From the NCBI GenBank assembly GCA_002269645.1, contig NIVC01000016.1, positions 558,001-622,000 on the forward strand: a stretch of 64,000 nt of DNA. The letters run 5' to 3'. Below are positions 1 through 12,977 of this stretch, in pieces. The notes under the pieces are model-generated. The model searched no databases. It worked only from the letters and a program-made list of their open reading frames with translations, and was not told where the DNA came from. The position numbers and the translations under genes were made by a program. This DNA is from Macrostomum lignano. Lineage: Eukaryota. The first letter of the stretch is position 1. The number at the start of each line of letters is the position of its first letter.

Positions 1-474
1 GCCTCTGGTCCCTACCCCCCCCCCGCTATCTCCATCCACTACGGGGCGGAATCCATTAGCAATTGCCGCTATATTTTTTGCGGCCAGAAATTCTCAACAA
101 TATCCACCCCCTCTCTTTTGCAAGAGGGCAAAATGTTGTGACAAAAACAGCCGAGCCAAAACAGACGGAACTGTGGCGAGGGGGGGGGGGGTTCGCCAGA
201 ATCCACCTTGGACCCGAAATAGTTCCCAAATGCCTCGATTTGGAATCCGCTGGTTGGACTTTTATGAAAAAACCGAGTGAGCTCGAGGATTTTCAAAAGG
301 GGAAAAATTGATGAACTGGGCGGGGACCGCGACTTTCTCGCCTGGGGGGATCTTCGATTGGGAAAACTGTTTTGAGATAAATAAACTGACTATCGGACTG
401 GTGAAGAGAGGAAACTGGGTGCGGTCGGTTGGGAGTCTTGATTAGTGCAGCTTTTGTCTGACCTGCCGGTTGCC

Positions 475-890
<416 letters not shown>

Positions 891-1688
891 CTGCATGAAT
901 AAACACATGGCACTCGACACACAAGCCAGCAGTCGCCCATGCATTCAGATATTCCCCACTAAAAGTGCATCTCCAATTTCCCACTCCGCCCCCCTTCCGA
1001 TGGCTCATCGATAGCGCCTCCATCGATGCCGCCTCCTCTCCTCCTGTTATCCCAAGATCGCGAGGCCAAGCTGCCCCTCTGAGTCCTGTGAAATCGCAAA
1101 CCCGTGACCGAGCAGCAACCGGGAGTTGCTACGCGGCTGTCCTGAGAAGGCCCGCTGGCATTCGATGAACAGATAAAACTGATGGCTGATACAGAAAGCT
1201 CAGCCAGCCAGTCAGTTTTAACGTATTCGACCTCTTTGAGTTAAAAGAAATTGCAAAAAGAGGCGTTCATGCCATTGATCGAAAGAACACTCGCGGCTGA
1301 AGACAGGAAAAATTGCTGGCAAAAGTGGACCTGTTGCTTCTGCTGCTAAAAAGCAATGGCAATCATGCAGAAAACATGCTATTCTTGCAGTTGCGACTTT
1401 GCTGAACAGCATTTGGACACCTTAATTTGGGCAATCAGCAGCCCCAGGCCTGCAGGGAAGAGGGGAGCTGGGGGCCCTCCAGGCTGACTGGCAGATGGAG
1501 ACCAGAACGGAGAGGTCAGGGGCGCCAACACCTGCCGCTGATCGCCTTCTGTTACTGGGGGCAATAAATGATGCCTGTCTGACATGGATCGCCAACAGGA
1601 GTCTGAAATCCTGCAGAACATGTGTAGAGGGAGATCAAGGATCAAGGGGCGAGAAGGAAAGGTGTGAGAGATGAGGGGGAGAGAGGAT

Positions 1689-2246
1689 AGAGAGGCAGGG
1701 AGAGAGGCAGGGAGAGAGGCAGGGAGAGAGGCAGGGAGAGAGGCAGGGAGAGAGGCAGGGAGAGAGGCAGGGAGAGAGACAGGGAGAGAGGCAGGGAGAG
1801 AGGCAGGGAGAGAGGCAGGAAGAGAGGCAGGGAGAGAGGCAGGGAGAGAGGCAGGGAGAGAGGCAGGGAGAGAGGCAGGGAGAGAGGCAGAGAGAGAGGC
1901 AGGAAGAAAGGCAGGGAGAGAGGCAGGGAGAGAGGCAGGGAGAGAGGCAGAGAGAGAGGCAGGAAGAAAGGCAGGGAGAGAGGCAGGGAGAGAGGCAGGG
2001 AGAGAGGCAGGGAGAGAGGCAGGGAGAGAGGCAGGGAGAGAGGCAAGGAGAGAGGCAGGGAGAGAGGCAGGGAGAGAGGCAGGGAGAGAGGCAGGGAGAG
2101 AGGCAGGGAGAGAGGCAGGGAGAGAGGCAGGGAGAGAGGCAGGGAGAGAGGCAGGGAGAGAGGCAGGGAGAGAGGCAGGGAGAGAGGCAGGGAGAGAGGC
2201 AGGGAGAGAGGCAGGGAGAGAGGCAGGGAGAGAGGCAGGGAGAGAG
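1689..2246. repeat. 12-bp minisatellite AGAGAGGCAGGG
   Basis: Direct reading; about 46 copies. Confidence 0.97.
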
Positions 2247-2438
2247 GTGGACACTAATAAACAGAAAAGCTTCAAAGCCATGAAAAGCAGCAAGGGGAAG
2301 CAAGGTGTGCAAATTGGATGCAGAAGGACAGAGATGAAGATGCTGAGAAATCGAGTGGGGCCAAGGGCATTAGCCTCATCGCAACCTGTTTTGCAATCTT
2401 CAAAATTCTGACAGCTCTCTGGCTGCTGAGCAGCTCAC

Positions 2439-2477
2439 AATTGCATGTGTTACGCAACCACTCAGAATGAGCCAATG
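2439..2477 (-). CDS. Candidate 39-nt microexon (LAHSEWLRNTCN), possibly a downstream exon of the GFRalpha/GAS1-like gene
   Basis: Acceptor ttgtctctcctgacag|, donor AATT|gtgagc, phase 1-1. It would supply the C-x-C motif of the domain. An intervening exon could not be resolved. Confidence 0.3.
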
Positions 2478-3466
2478 CTGTCAGGAGAGACAATAGCGTC
2501 TTGTTTAGCATATCTAATTCAAGTGGTTTGTTATTGTTGTCATGCCCAGGCAGCGCAGGAATGTGCCGCCCCCCGCTGGGCAGGTCTAATTGCCCTCTAT
2601 TTTCGAGTTACCGTTTAAACCAAGTTTACAGTTTATAGCCTTCTCTCTACAGTTTTTACCAATTCGTTTTTGTTTGTTGATGGCGACGGGAGTACCGTTG
2701 ACAGTCCGAGCTCGAATCCTTGTGGAGTCTGTTGGAGTGCCTGTCAATCACTGCACTTTGTGGCCTCGCCAACTTCAAGTCCTAAGAGCTTCTATGGGAC
2801 GTGAATAAGAGGGTCTCCCAGCCCCAAAAAAGGTTGAAGAGTCTGCAGGGTTCCATTGGGATATACACTGAAGTCGTCAAGTGCGGCCTTGGCAACCGAA
2901 GGCAAAACAGATGGCCGCACCGATTCGGTTTGCTATCCGAGCTAGAAGAGGTGTTGAAGGATTGTCCTCGACTCTCTGGCCTGGACCCGACTGTCTGTCT
3001 CCTCCTGGGCGGCCTCCCAGTTCCCTATTCAGTTCCCGGGGGGTTGTTCGAGCTTCCAACACTCGACCAAGTAAGAGAAGAAGAGACGGATGGACTGCAG
3101 TGACCTGGCCTGGGAGGGCATTAATTAAAAACAGGCTTGCTGGGGTCGGGAAGATTATCTCCGAAGCCGGACCAGCAGTGCAGCGTTGGACTTTTTGAAG
3201 TAAAAAAACCTACTTTCAATCTGACTTTCCTGCGCAGCACTTTTTTGAGTTTCAGCCAACGTGCTGAAAATTGCAATTGGGGGCTCAGGCGCTTTGAGGG
3301 GGCTGATAATTGCTTGGACAGTTATAGGTAGAAAATTGAAAAGCAAAAAAATTCTATTGCGCCTGTGTAAATTCTATGCGAGGAAATTCTTGTTTTCTTT
3401 CTGTTTTAGCTGGGGAAGACTTCATATGAAATTATAAGGTGGATGGACAGAGAGTGTGAAAGGGTA

Positions 3467-4075
3467 GGGGAGAGTCGGGGAGAGTCGGGGAGAGTCGGGG
3501 AGAGTCGGGGAGAGTCGGGGAGAGTCGGGGAGAGTCGGGGAGAGTGGGAGAGTGGGAGAGTGGAGGAGAGTGGGGGAGAGTGGTAGAGTGGGGGAGAGTG
3601 AGAGATGAGTGGTAGAGTGGAGGAGAGTCGGGGAGAGTCGGGGAGAGTCGGGGAGAGTCGGGGAGAGTCGGGGAGAGTCGGGGAGAGTCGGGGAGAGTCG
3701 GGGAGAGTCGGAGAGAGTCGGGGAGAGTCGGGGAGAGTCGGAGAGAGTCGGGGAGAGTCGGGGAGAGTCGGGGAGAGTCGGGGAGAGTCGGGGAGAGTCG
3801 GGGAGAGTCGGGGAGAGTCGGGGAGAGTCGGGGAGAGTCGGGGAGAGTCGGGGAGAGTCGGGGAGAGTCGGGGAGAGTCGGGGAGAGTGGAGGAGAGTGG
3901 AGGAGAGTGAGAGAGTGGGAGAGTGGAGGAGAGTGGGGGAGAGTGAGAGAGTGGAGGAGAGTGGGGGAGAGTGAGAGAGTGGGAGAGTGGAGGAGAGTGG
4001 GGGAGAGTGGGAGAGTGGAGGAGAGTGGGGGAGAGTGAGAGAGTGGGAGAGTGAAGGAGAGTGGGGGAGAGTGAG
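3467..4075. repeat. 10-bp minisatellite GGGAGAGTCG grading into GGGAGAGT variants
   Basis: Direct reading. Confidence 0.95.
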
Positions 4076-6080
4076 GAGAAGGAGATAGAAGCAAAGAGAG
4101 GAAGCAAGAGAGTGATATACAGAGTGAAACAGTGATCAGGATGCCAGCCAGTTATGCAAATGCCAGGAAAGAGCGAGAGCCCAACGCTACACTCCACCAT
4201 AGAGACCGCAGAGTGCGAGGCGGTCCGTAATGCTGGGAGCGGCCCGAAAGCAATTTGATTTACCGCCTCCAGGCAGCGGTTTGCTGTGGCGGCGTCCCCA
4301 AATTCGTCACACAGTTTTGTCCGACTGTCCGGGCGTGAGGGCTTCCAAGCCCCCCCCCCACCCAAGCCTCTCCTCCAAGAAGTGTCAGCGATTTTGAGTG
4401 ATCGAGGCGGCTGATATTTTCCAGTTGAGTTGAGCGCAGCCGCCGCCCCCAGACCCGAATCGAGCTCAGTGTTGCGTGTGACGGGCCGGGAGATTTTGAC
4501 CATAGATTTCGATATGAGAAAGGCGGGGCGGGTAGATAAGAAACAATTCAGTCAGAGCTGGCTTCCCAGTTCTCTCTCTGCTTGTGTGTCAAATTTTGCA
4601 GCTCGACCGAGTTTTAAATGGCACGCTTGACCGGCTCGAGCGATAATAAACAAAAATCGGGAAGCTTCGCTGCTTCCAAGAAAAAGTCTTTCTTCTTTAA
4701 CTGCTTCCTCGGAAGAAAGTGTCCGCTCAGCCGAAAGAGAGATGAAAAGAGAAAGTTTCAGCGACTCGGGGCGGCGCAGGATAACAAGTGGGTTTGGAGA
4801 TCTAGATGAGGCCAGCCTCCTCTCTTCATCTACTCTTCCAAGGACATGCAGACGCGAAAGAGGAAATCGAGTTCAAGAGAGAGACGAAAGGAAGCCGGAA
4901 TTTGCCGACAGCTAGAGAGATCCCGCCCGGACACTGCTTGGTCGGTCGTCTTCTTCTTTTTCTCATTTTGTCCGGGAGATGAGGCGCGGAGAGGCTGGCG
5001 GCACCGCAGGCGGCCGGGCCCGCACCGCTAATTGCTCAAGTGCGGTAATTCAATCACCGGAGCTGTTGGCCAGGGGCTCGGCCTGTGCTCAGCTGGGGCG
5101 GGGGGGGGCTTCCTTCTCCTCATCACCCACGATGTGTTTTTTCCTCACTAAAGTTTATATCCCAGCAACGGATGCGAAACCAGATCCCCCTGTGAGCCGT
5201 GCCGCCGGTCTGTCATTTGTCTCATTAAGCCGAAATCATTAGCTGACCCGGGAACTCCACATGGAGCATGAAAAAAATTAATTGACTTTGGGGTAGTCAG
5301 CTGTCCATAGAATGACCCTGAACTCTCGGCTGCAATCAGAAGGCATGAGCGCACTGCACTGTATTGCTCAGGTAAGGTTGACTCTAGGCCGCTGAACCAA
5401 CAATGACTTGTAAACGGATTGAACTAGCTGAAGATCTGTTCCGGTTCAAGAGATTGATTCAAGCGCTTATTGAAATCACAAGCGCGCACATGTCACAAGC
5501 GCGCGCACATGTCACAAGCACGCACAGTCAGCCGTTTTATATCCTAAATCCTCTATTTTATGTCTAAAAAATATTAATATTCAAACAGCCCCAGTTAGAG
5601 GGACACTTCAGAGGTCAAACGTGTCAGTAGGCGCAGGTCTGTGGGATGCGGAGAGCTGTGCAATTGTGAACAATAGAAAGGGAAGTGAGAATGGGAGGAA
5701 GATGGAGAACGGTGACGCAACGGAGTTAATTTTTATCATAGCGGAGCCACTTCAACAGCGAGCTAGCGGGTGAAAGTCCCAATTTTAGCGCTTTCACTCG
5801 GTGAGGCAGCGGTGCCAGCTCATTGTCTGAACTTGAGAGACATTGACAGCTTGGGGGTCCCCAAACGCCTGAATGACTGCCCCGCCCCCTTGTCAAGCCC
5901 TCTTCACGGGCTCCACATTTGCGAGGCGATATGTCGAGTTCATCTTCTCAACTTAGCTGAGCTGTCAATCAGTTGGCCAGGGTGAGGTGTTGCGCCTTCA
6001 AGACATTTGAAAAGCGACAACAGATGGGCTTTTGGAAACTGTTGGAAGAATTTGCTTAAATTAATTATCCGATGGTGACT

Positions 6081-6852
6081 GAAAATCGCCCCAGCCACCC
6101 CTACTAGAAGAATCGCCCCAACCACCCCTAATAGAAAAATCGCCCCAGCCATCCCTACTAGAAAAATCGCCCCAGCCACCCCTAATAGAAAAATCGCCCA
6201 GCCACCCCTACAAGAAAAATTGCCCCAGCCATCCCTACTAGAAAAATCGCCCCAGCCATCCCTACTAGAAGAATCGCCCCAACCACCCCTAATAGAAAAA
6301 TCGCCCCAGCCATCCCTACTAGAAAAATCGCCCCAGCCACCCCTAATAGAAAAATCGCCCAGCCACCCCTACAAGAAAAATCGCCCCAGCCACCCCTAAT
6401 AGAAAAATCACCCCAGCCACCCCTACAAGAAAAATTGCCCCAGCCATCCCTACTAGAAAAATCGCCCCAGCCACCCCTAATAGAAAAATCACCCCAGCCA
6501 CCCCTACTAGAAAAATTGCCCCAGCCATCCCTACTAGAAAAATCGCCCCAACCACCCCTACTAGAAAAAATCGCCCCAACCACCCCTACTAGAAAAATCG
6601 CCCCAGCCACCCCTACTAGAAAAATCGCCCCAGCCACCCCTAATAGAAAAATCACCCCAGCCACCCCTACTAGAAAAATTGCCCCAGCCATCCCTACTAG
6701 AAAAATCGCCCCAACCACCCCTACTAGAAAAAATCGCCCCAACCACCCCTACTAGAAAAATCGCCCCAGCCACCCCTACTAGAAAAATCGCCCCAACCAT
6801 CCCTACTAGAAAAATCGCCCAGCCACCCCACTAGAAAAATCGACCCAGCCAC
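6081..6852. repeat. 27-bp minisatellite AAAATCGCCCCAGCCACCCCTACTAGA
   Basis: Direct reading; about 28 copies; begins about 20 nt into the intron after the 6873 donor. Confidence 0.95.
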
Positions 6853-6872
6853 CCGCAGAGCAGGCAACTCAC

Positions 6873-7064
6873 AGTCCAGGCAGAGGATCCGCACCAGGCC
6901 CAGCTTGGCTCCGCACTCCGAGCTCTGGTAGCAGGTGTCATTGGCCACGTGACAGAAATTCTCCCTGACGGCAGCTCCCGCCAGCGTCAGCATCGAGTCG
7001 GACAGCGAAGGCAGCTGCAGGCAGAGCCCGAAGGCCAACACCAACAGGCCGCTCGTTGGTGCTG
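6873..7064 (-). CDS. Internal coding exon (192 nt, phase 1-1): signal-peptide-like segment plus first half of a GDNF-receptor/GAS1-type Cys-rich domain
   Basis: Acceptor tttttttctccttttgcag|, donor GACT|gtgagt, GC3-rich codons. Translation APTSGLLVLAFGLCLQLPSLSDSMLTLAGAAVRENFCHVANDTCYQSSECGAKLGLVRILCLD has C-x6-C-x5-C-x10-C, the spacing of GFRalpha D2/D3 domains. Confidence 0.6.
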
Positions 7065-7795
7065 CTGCAAAAGGAGAAAAAAACTGCAAAATCAGTCAGC
7101 CAGGTTCCGATCCCAGTGCCAGTCCCCAGGGGGGGGGGTCTAAGTAGGGCAGGGCAGATAAGGATAGACATAAACTTGGGGCAAAAAGAACAATGTCAAC
7201 TAATCTATTTCTGCTTCCATATATATAAATACATGAAAGTTGCATAGACCAATTTGCTTGGGAATATTGGATTGAATATACATTACACTGGATACTCGCC
7301 CCTGTCCCTGTCCGCCTGTGTCTGCCCGACCGCCCGCGGCTGCTTATGCAACTTCACGGGGGGCCAACAACAAACCAGCCTGTAACAACAGGGATTCGAA
7401 ACCCCCTCCTGCTAAACAGTTGGAAATCCGACTCGGCCACTCTTTGTCGGGGTGGAGGGAGATGGCCGCATCTACCAATAAGCAGATGAAGCCCACGGGG
7501 GAAGCTGGGCCGCTGGTATAGACGATTTTTAGTTGCTACCCAAAGCTGGCGGCGGGCCGAAATCCATTTCTGTGCTTCTCTCAAAGAAAAACATTCTCCA
7601 CGGGGGGGGGGGGGTTGGGCGGCGGCGGGCAGTGAAAGTCGGGTTTCAGTTTTACACGGGCGCGCAGATTTTGTCGCGAAGGTGAACACTGGGGTGATGG
7701 AGTTATGGAATTTTTCAATCAATTTTCACTCGCATGCGCTGATTACTCATATGGGATCGATGGGTGACGGGTGAAGAATATTGTGCGACTTGGAG

Positions 7796-8680
7796 AGCGG
7801 GGATCTGTGAAGCTTGGGGATCTGTGAAGCTTGGGGATCTGTGAAGCTTGGGGATCTGTGAAGCTTGGGGATCTGTGAAGCTTGGGGATCTGTGAAGCTT
7901 GGGGATCTGTGAAGCTTGGGGATCTGTGAAGCTTGGGGATCTGTGAAGCTTGGGGATCTGTGAAGCTTGGGGATCTGTGAAGCTTGGGGATCTGTGAAGC
8001 TTGGGGATCTGTGAAGCTTGGGGATCTGTGAAGCTTGGGGATCTGTGAAGCTTGGGGATCTGTGAAGCTTGGGGATCTGTGAAGCTTGGGGATCTGTGAA
8101 GCTTGGGGATCTGTGAAGCTTGGGGATCTGTGAAGCTTGGGGATCTGTGAAGCTTGGGGATCTGTGAAGCTTGGGGATCTGTGAAGCTTGGGGATCTGTG
8201 AAGCTTGGGGATCTGTGAAGCTTGGGGATCTGTGAAGCTTGGGGATCTGTGAAGCTTGGGGATCTGTGAAGCTTGGGGATCTGTGAAGCTTGGGGATCTG
8301 TGAAGCTTGGGGATCTGTGAAGCTTGGGGATCTGTGAAGCTTGGGGATCTGTGAAGCTTGGGGATCTGTGAAGCTTGGGGATCTGTAAAGCTTGGGGATC
8401 TGTGAAGCTTGGGGATCTGTGAAGCTTGGGGATCTGTGAAGCTTGGGGATCTGTGAAGCTTAGGGATCTGTGAAGCTTGGGGATCTGTGAAGCTTAGAGA
8501 TTTGTGAAGCTTAGAGATTTGTGAAGCTTGGGGATCTGTGAAGCTTAGAGATTTGTGAAGCTTGGGGATCGGTGAAGCTTAGAGATTTGTGAAGCTTGGG
8601 GATCTGTGAAGCTTAGAGATTTGTGAAGCTTGGGGATCGGTGAAGCTTAAAGATTTGTGAAGCTTGGGGATCTGTGAAGT
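7796..8680. repeat. 17-bp minisatellite GATCTGTGAAGCTTGGG
   Basis: About 52 copies, homogeneous core, diverged right end (TTAGAGATTTGTGAAGC). Confidence 0.97.
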
Positions 8681-9339
8681 TATACGTGAACGTGAAGCTG
8701 GGTGAGTGTAATTCTAAGCCTCCCTTAGTTACCAGACAGGAAAAGCGCACAGGTGTTTTACAGTGACTTTCAGAACACCACTTAGCTAGCAGAAGAGAAT
8801 CTTGAGAGAAAGGAAGAGTTACCTAACCGCCAGCTACATCAAGGTAAGCCGTCTGTCCAGCTGGCCCGAGAACACAAAAAGCCATTTATTGCGCTGGCCT
8901 CGCCGCTGCCTTGGCGGGGTGGCTCCGGCAGACGAGATTGAATCAATTTTAACAACACTTTGGGATAGCCTTCCCTCTGCCTCCCTTCCTCCCCTTGTTC
9001 CCAACCGACTTAATAATCCCCCGCTGAGCCGCCCGTTCCCTTGACGACTGCAGGGTCCATCCAGTGCAACTCCCACCGGCTGGGCAGTTGCTCCAAGCAT
9101 GTTGCGGGCTGAGGCTTGCTTGAAATTCTTTTTAACGTCATCGCAGACGGCGGCGGCGGTGGTTGGGCAAACGTTTTTTCTTTAAAAAATTGAGGGAATT
9201 TCTCCATTAGCCTGTCAGGGGAGCAGATCGTTATCGGGCCGGGTCACTTTTCCCTCTCTCCGCTCCGTCCCTGTGTGCGCATTTTGCTTCTTTTCCTAAG
9301 CTGAACTTCCTTCTCTGCTCTGATCCTGGCTGCTTCAAC

Positions 9340-9855
9340 TTGCCTTCTCTCTCCTCTCTCCTTCTCTACCCTCTCCGCTTCTCTCCCCTCTCCCCTTCTC
9401 TCCCCTCTCCCCTTCTCTCCCCTCTCCCCTTCTCTCCCTCTCCCCTTCTCTCCCCTCTCCGCTTCTCTCTCCTCTCTCCTTCTCTCCCCTCTCCCCTTCT
9501 CTCCCCTCTCCGCTTCTCTCCCCTCTCCTCTTCTCTCCCTCTCCCCTTCTCTCCCCTCTCCGCTTCTCTCCCTCTCCCCTTCTCTCCCCTCTCTCCTTCT
9601 CTTTCCTCTCTCCTTCTCTACCCTCTCCGCTTCTCTCCCCTCTCCCCTTCACTCCCCTCTCCCCTTCTCTCCTCTCTCCGCTTCTCTCCCCGCTCCCCTT
9701 CTCTCCCCCCTCCCCTTCTCTCCCTCTGCCCTTCTCTCCCCGCTCCCCTTCTCTCCCTCTCCCCTTCTCTCCCTTCTCTCTCCTCTTCTCTCTTCTCTCC
9801 CCTCTCTCTCCCCTTCTCCCCCTCTCTCCCCCTCTCCCTTCTCTCCCTCTCTCCA
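9340..9855. repeat. CT-rich low-complexity array
   Basis: Direct reading. Confidence 0.9.
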
Positions 9856-11252
9856 TTCGTTCCTCACAATTGGCTATTTCAATTTTTGGAAGCAGAACCT
9901 CATCATCCGTACCGCAGTGGAAATTTATGCTCTTCATTTCAAGCGTCGCTTGCGATATTCAGAGCGGCCTCATCCGGCAGACCAAGCGGTTCTGCGGCTG
10001 TCCGTCATTCAGTCAGACAGGCAGGCAGACCGAGGGATGAGCGGCTGCAACTCAAAAGGCGTGTCGCATTTTGACAGCCTCCAGTCATATCTCTCCCTGT
10101 TTTCATGCCCCTCATCATCCAACTAAGTCCCCGGAGACTGGACTAGATGGGACAGCCCCCTACCCCCTTCCAGCAGCCCGCCTCACTAATTCTCGCCCTA
10201 ACCAAGCATTAATGATGAAATCGCAAAAGTCGTTCCAGCTCCGCCGTGCGATTGCGTCACAAGCCAGGCTGATATTATAGTAATCATTGCGGCCATGGGA
10301 CCGAGCCTTGGCCCAGCCAATTATCCGTGTGTTGCATCACTTTTGGCCCGGGCCTGTGGACTCTCTCTCTCTCCCAGCTAAATAATCCTTAAAGTCTGTG
10401 GAAATCTCACACCAATGATAGCCAGTATGCTGCATCAGGGAGATAGAAACTTTGCCTTGGTCGTGAGAGACTAACAAATTGGGTAAATAAGATACCCTAC
10501 AGCACCAGCGATACCAGGGTTCCTGGGTAGGGTATCGTGTTACTGCAACTTTCTGTTGGTTAGTGTGATTTCGCAGGGAGAAGAGGGACACACAAGCTTG
10601 TGCAAACATTAAGAACAACTCTGCACTGAACAAACAGAGCTGACAATTACCATATCTATGTATTATATAGGCTCTAATATCTATTGTAATAGTCAGGCAT
10701 TTATTGAATCGAGCTCGTACTTCAGACACACACAGAGAGAAGCACAGACCCACTTGTGCGGCTTTTAGCTGTCCGAATATTGGGCTAGAAAGCGTGGGTG
10801 GCCCCTTTTCGCTAATTTTTTTATTTCTGACTTAAATTGTACTTGCTAGACTGCTGATGACGGAAGAGGCTTTTTGGTAGTAAATTTATAATAGAGATAT
10901 TAATCGCATTATCTAATCCATCTCAGTCAATCATTATTTTAGTCTGATCTGTCAAAGGCGTGATTGTGCATCAATTGGAAATCCTCATTCATAGGCTAAA
11001 TAAGCTACTCAAAATTGTGAGAACTGCGGGGATCTAATAATGAGCACTGCTCAATGCTGCAGGTGACAGTCTGAGCCTGTAATTAGCTCTTGCGGTTCTG
11101 CTGTGTCCTCATCAGCGGCGAACTCGGAATCTTGTAGGTCGTATTGCTGGGATAAACACCTCAACTTCATCTGGTTATTAGTTGCCTTATTATAGTCATT
11201 CTACACCGTAATGAGCCTTCGATAGTAAGATCGACTAAGCCGCACCCCTTGT

Positions 11253-11640
11253 ACCCTGTCTAGAGGTGGGATTCCCACTATCCCATACCCTATTTAGAGG
11301 TGGGATATTGCCGCTATCCCATACCCTGTTTAGAGGTAGGATTCCTACCATCCCATACACTGTCTATAGGTGGGATTCCCACTATCCCATACACTATCTA
11401 TAAATGGGATTCCCACTATCCCATACCCTGTCTGTAGGTGGAATCCCACTATCCCATACCATGTCTGTAGGTGGGATATTGCCGCTATCCCATACACTGT
11501 CTATAGGTGGGGTTCCCACTATCCCATACCCTGTCTGTAGGTGGGATATTGCCGCTATCCCATACACTGTCTATAGGTGGGGTTCCCACTATCCCATACC
11601 CTGTCTATAGGTGGGATTCCCACTATCCCATACCCTGTCC
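11253..11640. repeat. About 30-bp minisatellite with palindromic GTGGGATTCCCAC core
   Basis: Units such as GTGGGATTCCCACTATCCCATACCCTGTCTATAG alternate with GTGGGATATTGCCGCTATCCCATAC variants. Confidence 0.9.
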
Positions 11641-12637
11641 ACCAAGCCCATCTTTAGAACAGATGCCACAATTCAAAGAAGTTTCCCTTGCCTAATAAAC
11701 CTTCTTTGTCATTATACACGTAAAAAAGTTGAAACATAATCCACACGCTTAAGAAGGAAGAATCAATCAATCTTTTTTCACGTGTAACAATCGCAAATGG
11801 ACTCAGCTCGCCGCCGACTCCAGATCATCTCCTCCTATCTCAGTCTGTAGCCGCTCGCCCGAAACTAATCAATGCTTTTTAACCGAGGATTGAGTCTACT
11901 ATGTATTTAGTTAGTCGAGTATAGATGCAAAGTTCCTAGAGACTCATCGATGGGTGAACTAAGTAAGGGGGAGGGGCTTAGAAGCAAGCTCAAAACTCTG
12001 AGTCGGTCAAACCCGGAGCATTCAAGTATCGAAGTAATTACTTAACGGGGGAAAGAGGAGCGAGCCGCGACAGACACGGCCCAGCGGAGAGATATTTAAG
12101 CTCTTATCTCTCTGGCTAACCCTTTCCTATTTTTTCCCATCCAAAGCACTGCCCCCCGAGGGGGGAGCGGCCAGCTAGTCAGAATACATGTTTGGCAAAG
12201 AAGGCGAGAGAATGCCAAGCCTAGCTGTTCGCTAGCACAGACAGACAGACAGACAGCACTTAGCTTAATGCGAAAAAATGGATACACAATCAGCTTTGGC
12301 GTATAAGAATGAATAAACTAACTGCAGTATGGGGGGCAGACAAACTGTTTTCAATGTTTCTGCTTCTCCTCCTCGACAGATGTTTCGGAAGATCCTCAAA
12401 TCAGCTATTCGAGGGGGGCAAAGTTATAAGTTGAATTGGCCGACTGGGCTGGCTTGATTCAATTTTTAGATTCATCTTGCTAGCCGGGCCAATTCATCAA
12501 CAAGGCTGAGATTATGGGCCCGGAGGTTAATCAGCGAGTGGGATTAGAGAAGCCACGGTGGCCGCGAACCAGAAGCTGGAGTGGCAACCCTTGCTTCGAT
12601 CCTGAGCTTAAACTTAACACTCAAATAGATTCCCAGC

Positions 12638-12977
12638 AGCTTGTGAAGTTTTGAGTTTGTGAAGTTTCGAGTTTGTGAAGTTTCGAGAGTGTGAAGCTTC
12701 TAGCTTGTGAAGTTTCCAGCTTGTGAAGTTTCCAACTTGTGAAGTTTCCAGCTTGTGAAGTTTCCAGCTTGTGATGTTTCCAGCTTGTGAAGCTTCCAGC
12801 TTGGTAAAATTCGAGCTTGTGAAGCTTCGAGCTTGTAAAGTTTCGAGCTTGTGAAGTTGTGAGCTTGCGAAGTTTCGAGCTTGTGAAGCTTCGAGCTTGT
12901 GAAGTTGTGAGTTTGTGAAGCTTCGAGCTTGCGAAGTTTCGAGCTGTGAAGTTTCGAGCTTGTGAAGCTTCGAGCAT
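12638..12977. repeat. 16-bp minisatellite GCTTGTGAAG(T/C)TTC(G/C)A
   Basis: Direct reading; about 21 copies. Confidence 0.93.

Noticed and set aside
5300-5371. Plus-strand EGMSALHCIAQ|gtaagg, ankyrin-like, with a strong donor
   Set aside because: An isolated short similarity with no partner exons identified.
7796-8680. CRISPR-like appearance of the regular arrays (also 11.25, 15.4, 31.3 and 61.3 kb)
   Set aside because: Head-to-tail units with no unique spacers, no cas genes and a eukaryotic context.
8793-9140. Plus-strand KRILRERKSYLTASYIK|gtaagc and nearby LQGPSSAT, reminiscent of PTP motifs DYINASYI and TQGP
   Set aside because: Weak acceptor, short matches and no other PTP motifs (WPD, HCSAG) found; compatible with chance.
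12638-12977. GAAnnTTC heat-shock-element-like dyads in the 16-mer
   Set aside because: Only two pentamers per unit, and the 16-bp period breaks the 5-bp alternation needed for a three-pentamer HSE.
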